From: Nemertoderma westbladi
Lineage: Eukaryota > Animalia > Xenacoelomorpha
NCBI GenBank assembly: GCA_032718475.1
Contig: JAUCBJ010007841.1
Coordinates: 6,950-70,949, forward strand
DNA: 64,000 nucleotides
Reading direction: 5' to 3'
Notes under the pieces: model-generated
Seen by the model: only the letters and a program-made list of their open reading frames with translations
Databases searched by the model: none
Told to the model about the DNA's origin: nothing
Shown here: positions 38,189 through 51,259 of the stretch, one piece after another
Layout of the letters: every line of letters begins with the position of its first letter
Numbering within the stretch: the first letter of the stretch is position 1
Position numbers and translations under genes: made by a program

Positions 38189-39367
38189 ATGAATTACGAT
38201 CACGTAAACAAATCAACTTTAGAAATGGCACTGGAGATTTTAAATGAAGGGGATCCAGATTACCATCCAGATAATACATCAAAGAAAACAAAAAGTGAAA
38301 TAATAGAGATATTAAAAATGGAAAACCAAAATGCTGTAAAATTGGCATTAAGTCATATCCACCAAACTCAAGTTCACATTCCTCAACCTCAGTCGAATAT
38401 ACCGTTACACAATGTTTCATCAGCACATACTGATCCAGATACAAGTAGTAGGCCTATAAAACTGCCGATTTTCTATGAGAAGGATACCCGTGTGTGGTTT
38501 GATCAAATTGAACAAATTTTGGATAACTGTAATGAAAATGTTAAAAAGGCAAGCTTACTTTCTGCAATACCTACCAATGTATTATTTGAAAGTGGTGCAT
38601 GTGTTACTGATAATTTTAACATAATCAAGGAAAGTCTAATAACCCACTTTGATGATAGTGCAGACAGGCGACTGAAACAATTACTTAAAGAACATTATTT
38701 AGGGGACACCAAACCTTCAGTTGCCCTCCGTAAACTGCAAAGGTTAGCACCCAACAATGAAAACATTGTTAAAATAAGATTTCTAGAAATTTTACCTGAA
38801 CCCATAAGGTTATCATTAGTGTCTCTAGAGGGTGTGTCATTAACTAAGTTAGCTGAAATAGCAGATAGGATGATGGAGAATATTCAACTAAGTACTCATC
38901 AAGGTGTATCAGCTGTACAGGTAGCCGCAGATAATGCAGTTACAAACCCATGGAGAGATGATATGGTAAGACAAATAAATAAGTTAACCCAAGCTGTAGA
39001 AAGTCTTCAAACACAAAATCATCGAGGCAGGTCACCTACAAGAAGTAGGAGTAACAATTATTATGGTCAACGAAGTCCATCAAATTCTTCAATCAGAAAT
39101 TATAGTAGACCACGATCAAGTTCACGTTCTTATAATCCAGCTGGAAAAGATTGTTGGTACCACTGGAGATTTGGACAAAAGGCAACTAAGTGTGCAGGTC
39201 CAGAGTATTGTTCATGGAGAATAAATCAACCAACTTATTATCGAAGTGGTGACTCTAATCATTCTAGAGAAGGTAGTGCAGGTATCCCACATCAATATAG
39301 TCGAGATAGTATACCTCATTCGGAAAACTCCCATTCTCCGACGGGAATGCGGAATCCGTCGGAGTAA
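38189..39367 (+). CDS. gag: Gypsy Gag (392 aa)
   Basis: KLPIFYEKDTRVWFDQIE, LGDTKPS, RS-rich linker and CWYHWRFGQKATKC knuckle. Confidence 0.92.
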   Translation: MNYDHVNKSTLEMALEILNEGDPDYHPDNTSKKTKSEIIEILKMENQNAVKLALSHIHQTQVHIPQPQSNIPLHNVSSAHTDPDTSSRPIKLPIFYEKDTRVWFDQIEQILDNCNENVKKASLLSAIPTNVLFESGACVTDNFNIIKESLITHFDDSADRRLKQLLKEHYLGDTKPSVALRKLQRLAPNNENIVKIRFLEILPEPIRLSLVSLEGVSLTKLAEIADRMMENIQLSTHQGVSAVQVAADNAVTNPWRDDMVRQINKLTQAVESLQTQNHRGRSPTRSRSNNYYGQRSPSNSSIRNYSRPRSSSRSYNPAGKDCWYHWRFGQKATKCAGPEYCSWRINQPTYYRSGDSNHSREGSAGIPHQYSRDSIPHSENSHSPTGMRNPSE

Positions 39368-42144
39368 ATTCAATTTATGTCACCGCACACCCAATAGGTC
39401 ATTTCTTAGCAGATAGTGGTACATGGTACAGTTGCTTACCATTAAGTTATGCCACTTCTGATTGTTATTCTCCTCCAGATTTTAATTTAAAGGCTGCTAA
39501 TGGAACTCCAATAAAAATTATAGCTAGAAAAAACCTTTCATTTACAATTCAAGAGTTTCCAAACCAAACATTTAATTGGACTTTCTTTATAGCTGAAGTG
39601 ACAGAACCATTATTGGGAAAAGATTTTATGAAACATTATAATATGCTGATTGATTGTGCAAATGATAGATTAATTCAATCGAAAGATATTATATACACTC
39701 GCCAATTTTGTACAACTCAACCTAAAACAAATTATGGTGATAACTTTTGTATAAACCATATCAAGATTGGTAATGAGTTATATTTACCACAGGTGACTAC
39801 ACTAATCTCAAACTGCAAAGATGTATTTAAACCAGTAAGTGCAGAAGAAGAAGTAAAACATAATATTAAACATCACATCATAACAAGTGGTATGCCAACA
39901 TATTGCAAACCAAGGCGATTATTTGGGGACAGATTGGAAGCTGCTAAAGAGACTTTCAATAAATGGCTCCAACAGGATATATGCTTTCGCAGTGAATCAC
40001 CATATGCATCACCATTACATGTTGCACCTCAACCCCATTCAAAAACAACACCTTACCGCAGTTGCGGTGATTATAGAGAATTAAATAAACATACAGTCCC
40101 AGACAGATATCCAATGCCAAATTTGAATGACTTACCAGCTGCTTTGCATGGATGCAATATTTTCTCTAAACTAGATTTAGCATCGGCATATATGCAAGTA
40201 CCAGTTGCGGAAGAAGACCAAATTAAAACTGCAATCTCTACCCCATTTGGTCTTTTCATTTTTCGAAGAAAGCCGTATGGGTTGCGCAATGCATCGCAAA
40301 CATTTCAGAGGATAATGGATGTAGCCCTTTATGGGTTGACTTTCATCTGGTGTTATGTAGATGATGTATTGGTAGGAAGTAAGACACCTAAGGAACACCT
40401 AGAACATTTGAAAATAATTTTCAATCGACTTGCAGAATATGGTCTACATTTGAGGATTGAAAAGTGTAAATTTTTCTATGATAAAGTGGAATTTTTGGGT
40501 GCAGAAATATCAAAAGATGGTATCAAACCATTGCCAGAAAAGTTAGAAGCGATCATAAACTACCAAAAACCAGAAAGTATCAAACAATTAAAACGACTAT
40601 TAGGTATGGCAGGATTTTACCATAAATTCATACCGAAATTCTCGGATATTGCATCACCCCTAACAGATCTCACCCGGAACTACAATAAGAAGTCAAAAAA
40701 CAATTTTCTTATATGGACAGATGTAGCTTCAGCAGCATTTGAGAAACTCAAATTTGCAATTTCGGAGAGTGTCACATTATCCTTTCCATGTAATAAGCCT
40801 GAATCAAAAATAGAACTTACTACAGATGCATCAAATACAGCAGCGGGTGCTGTGGTTCACCAAGTTATTAATGATGAACGTTTTCCATTAGCATTTTTTT
40901 CGGCTAAGTTTACACCGCGAGAACAAAAGAAATCAGTCTTTGACAGAGAGTTATTGGCAATATATTTATCCCTAAAACACTTCTCTTGGTTACTCGGTTC
41001 CAATATAATAATCAAAACAGATCACAAACCTCTAATACATATACTAAATATGAAAAATCCATCCCCACAGCAGACAAGGTGGATATCATACATTTCAGAA
41101 TTCACTACCTCAATCCAGCATATTTCTGGAAATTCAAACATAGTTGCAGATACGTTATCACGGACAACACAAACTGCAGCAATTATGGTTGACATTGATT
41201 CATCAATAGCTGATATGCAATTATCTGACCCTTCTCTAATAAGTTTTTTCGAAAAAACTACATTACCACTTCATGAATTGAAGACTGATGATAAAGTCAT
41301 TATGTGTGATAATACGAAAGGACATTTAAGACCATACATCCCATATGAAATGCGATTTAAATTATTCCAATATCATCACAATTTAGCACATTTGGGTTTC
41401 AACAAAACATACAAGCTAATTGCCGAAAGGTACATTTGGCCTAGTATGCGTAAGGATGTTCGGAAATGGTGCCGACAATGCATACGATGTCAAAAGGCTA
41501 AAGTTACACGGCACATTAAAACTGAAATTGGAAATATTGAAAACACTGATAGATTTCAGACTATTCATATTGACATTGTTGGAGAATTTATACCTTCCAA
41601 TGGTTATAATTATTTAGTGACTGTTATTGATAGATATACATGTTGGCCAGTAGCCATTCCAGTAAAAAGTATTGATGCCGAAACTGTTGTAAATGCCCTT
41701 ATTTCTGGATGGATCAGCATTTTTGGAGTACCACGTAACTTAATTTCAGACCGAGGAAGTCAGTTTGAGTCAAAGGTATGGGAAGAATTAATGAGGCAGT
41801 TGGGTATTCAACGCAAGAGAACAACAACATATCACCCACAAAGTAATGGTGCTGTTGAACGAATGCATCGCACTATGAAAAATGCTTTGCGGGCACACGC
41901 TGCAGATAAAAGTTGGTCACAGGCATTACCATTGGTGTTATTGGGTTTAAGAACTTCAATTACAAAAAAAGGTTATAGCCCTTCCAAAATGGTTTTAGGT
42001 GGAGTTGTAGATCTACCTGGACAATTTATAATCCCGGATAACCAAACAAAGACTCTCAAAGTTCCTGCATATATGGAGAAATTAATGTCTACAATAAGGT
42101 CGTTTGTAGCACCTGATCGGAAACACAATTCGACTTCAACATAT
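39310..42144 (+). CDS. pol: Gypsy Pol (PR-RT-RNase H-IN) in -1 frame to gag, interrupted by MITE after 42144
   Basis: FLADSGT protease, YVDD RT, TDAS RNase H, HHCC and DDE (IDIVG, SDRGSQF, AVER) integrase motifs. Confidence 0.95.
39322..39364 (+). promoter_or_regulatory. Putative -1 ribosomal frameshift signal
   Basis: GGAAAAC in the gag/pol overlap, followed by CTCCGACGG/CCGTCGGAG (9 bp) and CATTC/GAATG stems. Confidence 0.7.
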
Positions 42145-44019
42145 GTGGCGGTGAAAGCGAAAAGGTACCTTAAGGTGAAAATGTCGTTTTGAGAAAATCG
42201 CACTTAAAGAAAAATTAAATTTTCAAGTCAAAATTTTCAATTTTTTTATTTTCAATGTGATATATGCAGTTTTTAATGAGGAATCCAAATCTGTTAACGG
42301 TATGTTAACAGCTAGCTTAGTTTTGGAGATAATCAGCTTTGATTGAGAGTAGTCAGAAGTTTTGAAATTTAAATCTCATTCCCGATAGATATTATGTTGT
42401 TCTATGTAGATTTACTCTTATAAATTAATTTATATGCCTTATTATTCCAATAGAAAACTATCTTCCAGTTATTTTCAATATGTTTGCTTGTCAATCGGTC
42501 TGTCTGTCCGTCTGTTTGTCTGTTTATCTGTCAAGTGTTGTCAGTCATTTTATAAATTTTTAGATCTTGGCTCAGAAATTATAATTTTGATGGTATAAGG
42601 GTTTTCGAGGTCGTTAAACACGATAAAACATCTTAAAAATATTTTCGGGTAATGCAACCATCATTTTTGGTGCTATTTTGGACCCACAGAACGAAAAGTA
42701 CAAGTAAAAAAATGTCAAATTAAAAAATGTTGTGTTTCGATTGATAATTCCGAATGTATGCGGGTTTTTGAGGTCGCTGATCACGATAAAAAATGTTAAA
42801 AATATTTTTGGCAATACAACCATCATTTTTGGTGCTATTTTTGACCCCAGGACGAAAAGTACAAGTAAAAAATGTCAAATAAAAAATTGTTGTGTTTCGA
42901 TTGATAATTCTGAACGTATACGGGTTTTTGAGGTTTGTTGTTCACGTGCTGCTCGAAGTCCCAGACCAGATAGCTAGCTACCTCAGTTGTTCACGTGCTG
43001 CTCGAAGTCTCAAACAAGATAACTAGATAGCTTTGTTGTTCACGTGCTGCTCGAAGTCCCAGACTAGTCTACTATAACTAGCTACCTTTATTGTTCACGT
43101 GCTGCTCGAAGTCTCAAACTAGATAACTAGCTAGCTTTGTTGTTCACGTGCTGCTCGAAGTCCCAAACTAGATAACTAGCTACCTTAGTTGTTTACGTGC
43201 TGCTCGAAGTCCCAAATTAGACAACCATAGTTACCTTAGTTGTTCATGTGCTGCTCGAAGTCTCAAACTAGATAACTAGCTAGCTTTGTTGTTCACGTGC
43301 TGCTCGAAGTCCCAAAATAGATAATCATAGCTAGCTTACTTGTTCCCGCGCTGCTTGAAGTCCCAGACTAAGCTACCTTAGTTGTTCGCATGCTGCTCGA
43401 AGTCTCAAACTAGATAATTATCTAGCTTTGTTGTTCACGTGCTGCTCGAAGTCCCATACTAGATAACTAGCTACCTTAGTTATTCACGTACTGCTCGAAG
43501 TCTCAAACTAGATAACTAGCTACCCTAGTTGTTCATGTGCTGCTCGGAGTCCCAGACTAGATAAAAACCCAGCATAGTTGTTCACGTGCTGCTCGAAGTC
43601 CCTGCCTTAGATAACCATCCAGCTTAGTTGATCACGTGCTGCTCGAAGTTCCAGGCAGCATAGTTGTTCATTAGTTTGCTAATGTATATTCCTATTACAC
43701 ATTTTGCCCCTCAAGCCTCAACATCACAACACAACAACAGACCCACTCCGATTTAGCAAACTCACTTTCAAGATTATATTGTAAGTAATCCCTACTACTA
43801 TTAAAATACAACAAAAATTTTAAACGCGATTTACTCATAATAGTATATTTTCCATCTGGTTGTCTTGCCAATACTTAATTTCTAATAACTCTTGATGTAC
43901 TCATCCAATCAGGATGATTTATAGCTCATTAGAGAGCTGAGATGTTGGCCAATCACATGCAATATCTAACTCAAAAACCTCATTTTCACCTTAAGGTACC
44001 TTTTCGCTTTCACTGCCAC
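42145..44019. mobile_element. Non-autonomous TIR DNA transposon (1.9 kb) inserted in Gypsy integrase
   Basis: TIR GTGGCGGTGAAAGCGAAAAGGTACCTTAAGGTGAAAATG with inverse at 43981-44019; TSD ATAT (or TA, since the site is palindromic); removal restores STSTYVPKYMKDISHVWIR. Confidence 0.95.
42937..43670. repeat. ~49-bp minisatellite (GTTGTTCACGTGCTGCTCGAAGTCCCAAACTAGATAACTAGCTACCTTA), ~15 copies, preceded by a ~165-bp tandem duplication
   Basis: Read directly. Confidence 0.93.
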
Positions 44020-44662
44020 ATATGTTCCAAAATATATGAAAGACATTTCACATGTGTGGATTAGAAATGATCGTAAAAAAGGAAGTCTAGTTGATCGATA
44101 TACAGGCCCTTATGAAGTAATTGAACGGAATGATAAAACTGTCTCAATAAGCGTCAAAGGTATTTCAACGAAAATATCAATGGACCGGGTTAAACCTGCT
44201 TTCTTACAAATAGATGATAACAACAATTGGAATACCCATGAAAGTTCACAAAATTCGCAAACTGAAATAACTAACCAAAAGGTGATTGTACCGGGATCTC
44301 TATCGAAAACTGGGATCGGGACAAGTGAATCGAGAGAAACTCATACTTGCAAAAGACATGCTCCAAAGATTTTAAAACATAAGGTTGTTTGTGCACCTTT
44401 ATCCGATAGTTATTGGCCAGCGTTAATATTACCATATGATTCAGTAATTAATAAGAGACATTGTTTTCCTAATGAAGTTCCAGTCAATTACCTTGCCATA
44501 AATAAGTGTGGTTTTGTTACAAAGGATAAATGTGTAAAATATTCGGACTCATATTTTAGGGATCAGCACCAAACACGTAAATTAACACATGCTACAGAAT
44601 TAGCTCGAAACTTCTTGTCCCACAAACCGTCAGTTGTAAAACGCAGAGTCAAGTTTGTTTAA
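44020..44662 (+). CDS. Gypsy integrase C-terminus: GPY/F module plus PWWP-like domain
   Basis: RYTGPYEV...SMDRVKPAF, then KVVCAPLSDSYWPALI...VPVNYLA...GFV...KLTHATELA. Confidence 0.8.
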
Positions 44663-45013
44663 ATTATCAATGCAATTTATTCATTGAACATTTATTGATA
44701 TTGAAATTAATGTATATTTTTGTTTACTATTATATAAGTGTGAAACTATTTTTCTTGAAAGATTTTAAAAAAATAAATGTTCTATATTATTTTTTCACAT
44801 ATTGTATGTACAAATAGTATTTGTCTGCAAGAATTATATTTACAATGTTACTGTGAAATGAATGTATTAATTAATAATCTATAATGTTCGCAAGATCGCA
44901 ACATTAATGATGGTATCTCTAAGCTTATATATATTGCTTACACATTATTTTATGGTAATCTCCCATTTACTTATATATAAATATTTAATTTAATTGTAAA
45001 AAAAGAGTAATAG

Positions 45014-48000
45014 GAGAGTAATAGGGGGATTGCGAGTATCCCCAGTGGCGTGCGATCGAACAGAGAGAGGCAGGTTGACGTCGCGAGAGGGCGGACGAAG
45101 CGCCGAGCCCGATCAGAAGAGGGAAGAAGAACAGTGGAGTTTAACCGGGAGGTCGATGAGAGATCTCACGAGCCGGAATACTGCACTGAAAGGAGAAGAA
45201 GAGAAGACAGCAGAAGAAGTATCGCCGCGAACGACAGGAGAGCGAGGACGGATAGCGAGCCGTCGGTAGTTGAGATGGAAAGAGAAAGTCGGTGGGGTCG
45301 AACTTCGGGAGATTGCCGTCGTCCCGGAGAGACACGACCTGATGAGACGCGTTACGCGTCGAGAGAGGGGTACACAATGTACCGGCACGAAGACGAGAGT
45401 AGTAGGGGGGGTCAAAGAGGAACTTTCCGACGGGATATACCTACAGATCGAGAGTACGGTAGCCGCGGGGAGGATTATTCGAGAAGAATAAACTTCGATC
45501 CCTAGCAACACATACAGACTGTAGGACATACTGTAGGCCTTACTGCACATACCATAGGCCATGCTGACAGGAATAACGTAGACGATAGGATAGTGCGGAT
45601 GACGGAATTAAACCCGGAAGTCGCGGAGTACATACCGGCAGGTAGGCCAGAAGTTGATAGGCCTATACCGGTACCAGTACAGCAGTATGACTACAGCATG
45701 CAAGGACATAACATATACCCAGGGGAGGGGGGAATTATTGCGGATAGATGCATGGGCCCCAATATATTAACATCAACCCCAGTACCAAACATACCGGTGG
45801 GGGGGGGGGGGACAGGGTGACATTCCCCCATCGCAATATCAACAATATACCCCGATAGGAGCAAGAACAACGAGACCCTTGGATGGAAATAGGTCATGTG
45901 ACACAGAAATATGGAGGGGGCCGCTACCCCCAATGATATACCCAAGCCAAAGAAAGGCAGAAAATAGGACGGGCGGACCACACCCAACAGGAGAAACTAT
46001 ACAACATCCATCGAATCCATTGGAAGCGCAGGCGATGGGGATGGCCACGTTGATCGATGCATTAAAAACAAGGATCGAATTACCACCCGTGGAACCATTC
46101 AAATTCGATGGGAGTAGGCCGGAAGAATATCTCCAGTTTCGGCGTATGTATAGTAACGAAATACTAACAAAGAACTTGACGCAGGCGGAGTGCCTAAAGT
46201 ATCTGCAAGTATACACAGGAGGCCCAGCATACGACATCGTGAGGCAATATCAGGGCATAGAGGGCGGCTTCACGACGGCATGGCGGGCACTGGACAGGGA
46301 ATACGGGCACCCGGCCAAGATCATCAGGCAGACCCTGAGAGGCATAACATCGGGTGGCCTACAGGATAATCCCGTTAGCATTAAGACATTCGCGAACAAG
46401 GTCGAGAAGGCGCTAATCGTGTTAAAGACGCTAGACGCGCCATACGAACTCAACGCGTCCAACAACATCACCACGATAGCGCAGGCACTACCGATGTGGT
46501 TGCGCAACAAGTGGAGGAAAATCGCTTTCTCCACTCGAGATAGGAAGGGTGCGGAACCGGGTTTAGAAGAAATGTCAAGCTTCTTAAACTACGAAGCTGA
46601 ACTAATAACCGACCCAGTCTATAGCGAAGATAGCCTGGGAAAGGGACCGAAGACGGATTACCATAGACCGAAACCAGAGCACAATACGTCAAACGCATTA
46701 CCGAAGCTCAGGCAATCACTGCCATATGCAGCGACGCAGGGGACTGCAAGTCCACAGGTAGCCGAAGGTAAGACCACACCATGGAACGGACAGGGGAACA
46801 ATAACAACACGAATAAATATAACCCCAGTACGTCCAGTAGGCCGAACCCAAACAATAAGAATAGTAGGGACTTTGGTACAAACGCAGCTGCGATACGCAA
46901 TGCACTGTATAAGGAGGGCTACGACCCAAAGAGCAAATGCCAGCTACATACAAATGCGCTTCATCAAACCATGAACTGCAGGTACTGGCAAGCGCTACCC
47001 AGGGAAGATCAGGTAGAATATGCGGCGAGGAATGAGATCTGCTCGCGATGTGTGATGAGTGGACATAGAGCTAGGCAATGCAAGGAGACGCCGGTCAAGT
47101 TCGGTCAAAGGAAAGGCCAAACGATGGCAACGAGCACAGTAGGGACGAAGAAGAGAGGAACGGTGCTACTTGGGGTAGTACCTGTGCGAGTGATTGGAGA
47201 AGGCAATCGATCAGTAACAACACTAATGCTGGTTGATAGTGGAGCTGCCTTCACATTAGTCGAGGATTGGGTGGCCGAAGAAATAGGATTGAGAACGAGG
47301 CCAAGTAGAATGGCGGTAACAACCATCTCCAGCAAAGATGAGGTCCTGGAGATGAGAACCGGACGGTGCACCATCGCAGCAATAGCACCAGGATGCGACT
47401 ATGGGGCGAGCATCGACCCCATCCAAGTGATAGAGTCAATAAACATCAATGCCAGACGGCCAACCAACATCGAGGTCGAACAATATAAATTTCTGGATGA
47501 TATCGACTTCTCAATCCCAGAGGTGGACGTTAGGAAGGTATCCATCATAGTAGGAATGGACTGCCCAACGGCCCACGAAAGAATGCAAACGGTCTTCGGC
47601 GAAGACAAGCAGTGTGACCCGGTGGCGATACTGACACCATTCGGGTGGACGCTGAGTGGCCCAATCAAGAGCAAGATACCATTTAGGATGTCGGAGACAT
47701 CAGGATGCATGTTCGCGGGAACTATGCAGGAAATGAGTGATGAGAGAGCAGAGGAGCAGCTTAAAAGACTGCTCAGACAGGATTTTGAAGGATTAAAGGA
47801 GACCGGGGTCGGGACCTCGGTGGAAGACAAACAGGCTCAGCAGAGCGTAGAGGAGTCTATGAAATGCGACGAGGGGCGGTACACCATAGGAATGGTATGG
47901 AAGCTACCGAAGCTACCACTGCCCGATAATAGAGGGATGGTACTCACGAGGCTCCGCAAGCTGAAGCAGACACTAAAACGGAGCCCCGAGAAGAATGAGT

Positions 48001-51000
48001 ACATCCACAGAACGATTAAGAAGTACGTCGAGAAAGGATGGGCCGTGGAGTTACCGGTCGACGAACCAAACACGGACAGGACATATTACCTGCCACTCCA
48101 CGTGGCTTTAGACCCAAAGAAAGGTAAACTGCGGATGGTAGTTGACGCATCGGCAAAGACCAACGGAAAATGCTTAAACGACTATCTACTAGAAGGTCCG
48201 AACATATACAACTCAGGGATAGAGGTCCTACTTAGATTTAGAAATGGGAAACACGCCTTCACGTGTGACATAGAAGGCATGTTCAACCAAGTCCGTGTAA
48301 CGGAGGAAGATAGCGACAGTCAACGCTTCTTATGGTACAACGGTGACGAAGAACCGTCGATAATACCGACGTACAAGATGGTAGTACAGAACATGGGAGC
48401 CAAGTCGTCTTCATTTACGACGACTATGGCAGTAAGAGATACAGTGAAGGGGAAGGAGGATAGATACAGCACTAGGGCCGTCGATATGATTCGACGCGGC
48501 TTCTACGTAGACGACGGAATGGAGTCTGGAAATACGGTTAAGGAGATACTGGACACAGGGCGCGAGGTTCGCGACATCCTAAAAGGATCCGGCTTTAACC
48601 TGACCAAATTCCAATCCAGTTCGGAGGAATTTATCAAGGCGATAGGGGACGAGAGACCAGAATCGACTATGGATAATCCCACAACGGCCAAAGGGCAGGA
48701 CATGGCGAACAAGAGGACAGAATCTCAACAGAAGGCACTGGGAATCGTGTGGAACAGAGAGACAGATGAACTGAAGTACCAGCTGAGCCAGGAGGGCGCA
48801 GACATCCACACAAAGAGAGGCTATGTGTCATACATAGCAAGAATATACGATCCCCTAGGTCTAGCATCCCCACTATTAGTCACGGGGAAGCAGATACTCA
48901 AGAGAGTATACAAACTGAAGGATGAGTGGGATGTAGAGGTACCAGAGGAGATCAAGAAACAGTGGTGTAAGTGGACAGAAGGTTTGGAGAAGATGGGAAC
49001 ATACAACATGCCGCGAGTGTATTTCCCGGATGGGAACATGACGAATCTGGACTTACACATGTTCTCCGATGCGTCGTTGGAGGCGTACGGAGCGGCACTC
49101 TATTTAGTACAACGAGAGGGGGCTCACAAGCCCAGACTGGCCTTTAGCAAAGCTAAGTCAACGCCGCCAGATTCAGCATCAGTTCCCAAACTAGAATTGA
49201 CAGCTGCCAGACTAGGAGTTAGGGCCACAGCCTACCTAGTGGATACTATTCCCAACATAGTGGAGACACACTACTGGACGGATTCCATGGTAGTGCTTGG
49301 TTGGCTACATAACGAAAGGACGAGATACCCTATATTCGTCGCGAATAGGGTGGACGAGATAAGGGCGACCACAGAATTGGAAAGGTGGCACTACTGCCCA
49401 ACGGACGAGAACCCAGCGGACTTGTTATCAAGGGGCGTGGCACGCCACACTTTCTTAAAAAAGGAAGGATTGTGGCAACACGGGCCGCAGTTTCTGAGCG
49501 ACAAGGAGGCCTGGCCGCCGATGAGAAAGGTGGACCCGGGCTCAGGAGAGGTAGTGTCAGAAGGAGAAGAGGGAGATTCAGAGGGAGAAGAGATATACTC
49601 CCAGATGGTGAGGGAGATAAGGGACGTGCAACCTAAACCAGAAGAACTGTGCGATAACCCGACGGATAAACTCCTCAGCTACAGCTCTAGTTGGTATAAG
49701 ACCAAGAAATTAGTGGCGTACTGGAGAGCCTTCGGGAATTTCCTCGCGGGAGTTGGCAAAGGCAAGAAGATCAGGACAACCATAGATCTGGAAGGAGCGG
49801 CCAAAGCAGTCATCCGCTATGAACAACGGAAGAGCTATGGCGACGAGGTGGAACGCGTCGGTAAACAACAGCACCTTCGACGGGACAGCGAGCTGATCAC
49901 GCTGTCGCCACAACTTAATGACGACGGGATTCTAGTAATGAATTCCAGGGTGGGATACAACAACAGCATAGTCGTACCACCGAAACCCATCATCATTCCC
50001 ACAGGATCGCCAATAGTCCACCAGATTATCTGGGACTCCCACAAGTCGATATTGCACGGGGGCACCAACCGAACCCTTACGGAGATACGGAGGACCTTTT
50101 GGGTCAAGCAGTTGAGGAAGAAGGTAAAAGCGGTAGTGGGGCAGTGCCAGACCTGCCGACGAGCGAAGAAGGAGCGAGCCATACAAGAGATGGCACCACT
50201 ACCAGCGAGTAGAGTAAGACAGCACGACCCTCCATTTACACATTGCGGTGTGGACATGTTCGGGCCGATAAAGATCAAGGTGATGCGGCACACGGAGAAA
50301 CGCTACGGTATTATCTTCGTATGTAACAACACGCGGGCGGTAGGGATAGAACTCGCCCAAGATGCAACCGCATCAGCATTTATTAATGCATTAGAAAGGT
50401 TCAGAGACCGCAAAGGTGGGACGATCGCAGTAATGTACTCCGACAGCGGAACCAACTTTGTGGGAGCAGAGAACGAGATGGCAGAGGCCTTGGACATCTT
50501 GGAAGGGGAGGAAGTCAGGGCGGCCATGAGACGACGACAAGTAAAGTGGGAGAGAAGGACGCCGTATGCACCACATACACTAGGATGCGTCGAGAGACTG
50601 GTGGGCAGTTCGAAGCGTCTCATGACGAAGTTAATGAACACCCACATGGTCACCGAGGACGTCTTGAGAACAGTGCTTGCGAAGTGCGAGGGTATCATTA
50701 ATAGCAGACCGCTATATCCGGAGAATGATGACCCTGAGTCATTAGATGTGCTGACGACCAGCCATTTTCTAATGGAAAGGCCAGCGACCATCGATATGCG
50801 GGGTGTAGACCCAGATGACATTCACTCCCGCCAGAGTTGGAAGGTCGCTAAAGCGATAAGCGCAGAATACTGGAGAAGGTGGGTTGAGGAATACCTACCC
50901 CGCTTCACAAAAGAAGCAAGTGGAGGAAGTCGAATAGGGAGTTAAGAGAGGGCGATCTCGTAATCGTCACGGATAATACCATCATCAACAACCAGTGGCG

Positions 51001-51148
51001 GTTGGCGAGAGTTGTAGGCACTTACTCCGATGAGGACGGAAGAGTCCGATCGGTAGAAGTGCGGATAGGGGGCAAGATAGGTGCGAAAGACAGAAAAACC
51101 TACAGGAGAGCTGTAGGGAAATGCTGTCTATTAGAAGGGGCACCTTAG
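45014..51148 (+). pseudogene. BEL/Pao Gag-Pol (capsid-like, Zn knuckle, protease, RT, RNase H, integrase); 1688-aa open segment 45879-50945
   Basis: FKFDGSRPEEY gag, CSRC...H...C, LVDSGA, FYVDDG, FSDAS, NPADLLSRG, GVDMFGP, SDSGTNF; TAG at 45503; frameshifts at G-run ~45800 and ~50905; terminal KW...GDLV...WRLARV domain ends at 51148. Confidence 0.95.
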
Positions 51149-51259
51149 ATCGTTTGTTAGAAAGGAGTTTAGTCGTCCAAGTTTTGGACTGAGGGGGGTG
51201 GGATAGAGGGCGAGACGCCCTTCCCACACATAAAATAAAAATAAAATAAATAAAAATTA

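Larger units (their letters stand above)
37460..45010 (+). mobile_element. Ty3/Gypsy LTR retrotransposon nested in BEL gag; 5' LTR ~37460-37703, 3' LTR absent
   Basis: Abrupt switch to AT-rich DNA at TGTGG; LTR ends CCACACA; PBS, gag and pol follow; no second LTR copy before BEL sequence resumes. Confidence 0.9.

Noticed and set aside
42937-43670. CRISPR-like repeat-spacer appearance (conserved 24-nt core plus variable part)
   Set aside because: The variable parts are homologous to one another; this is a minisatellite
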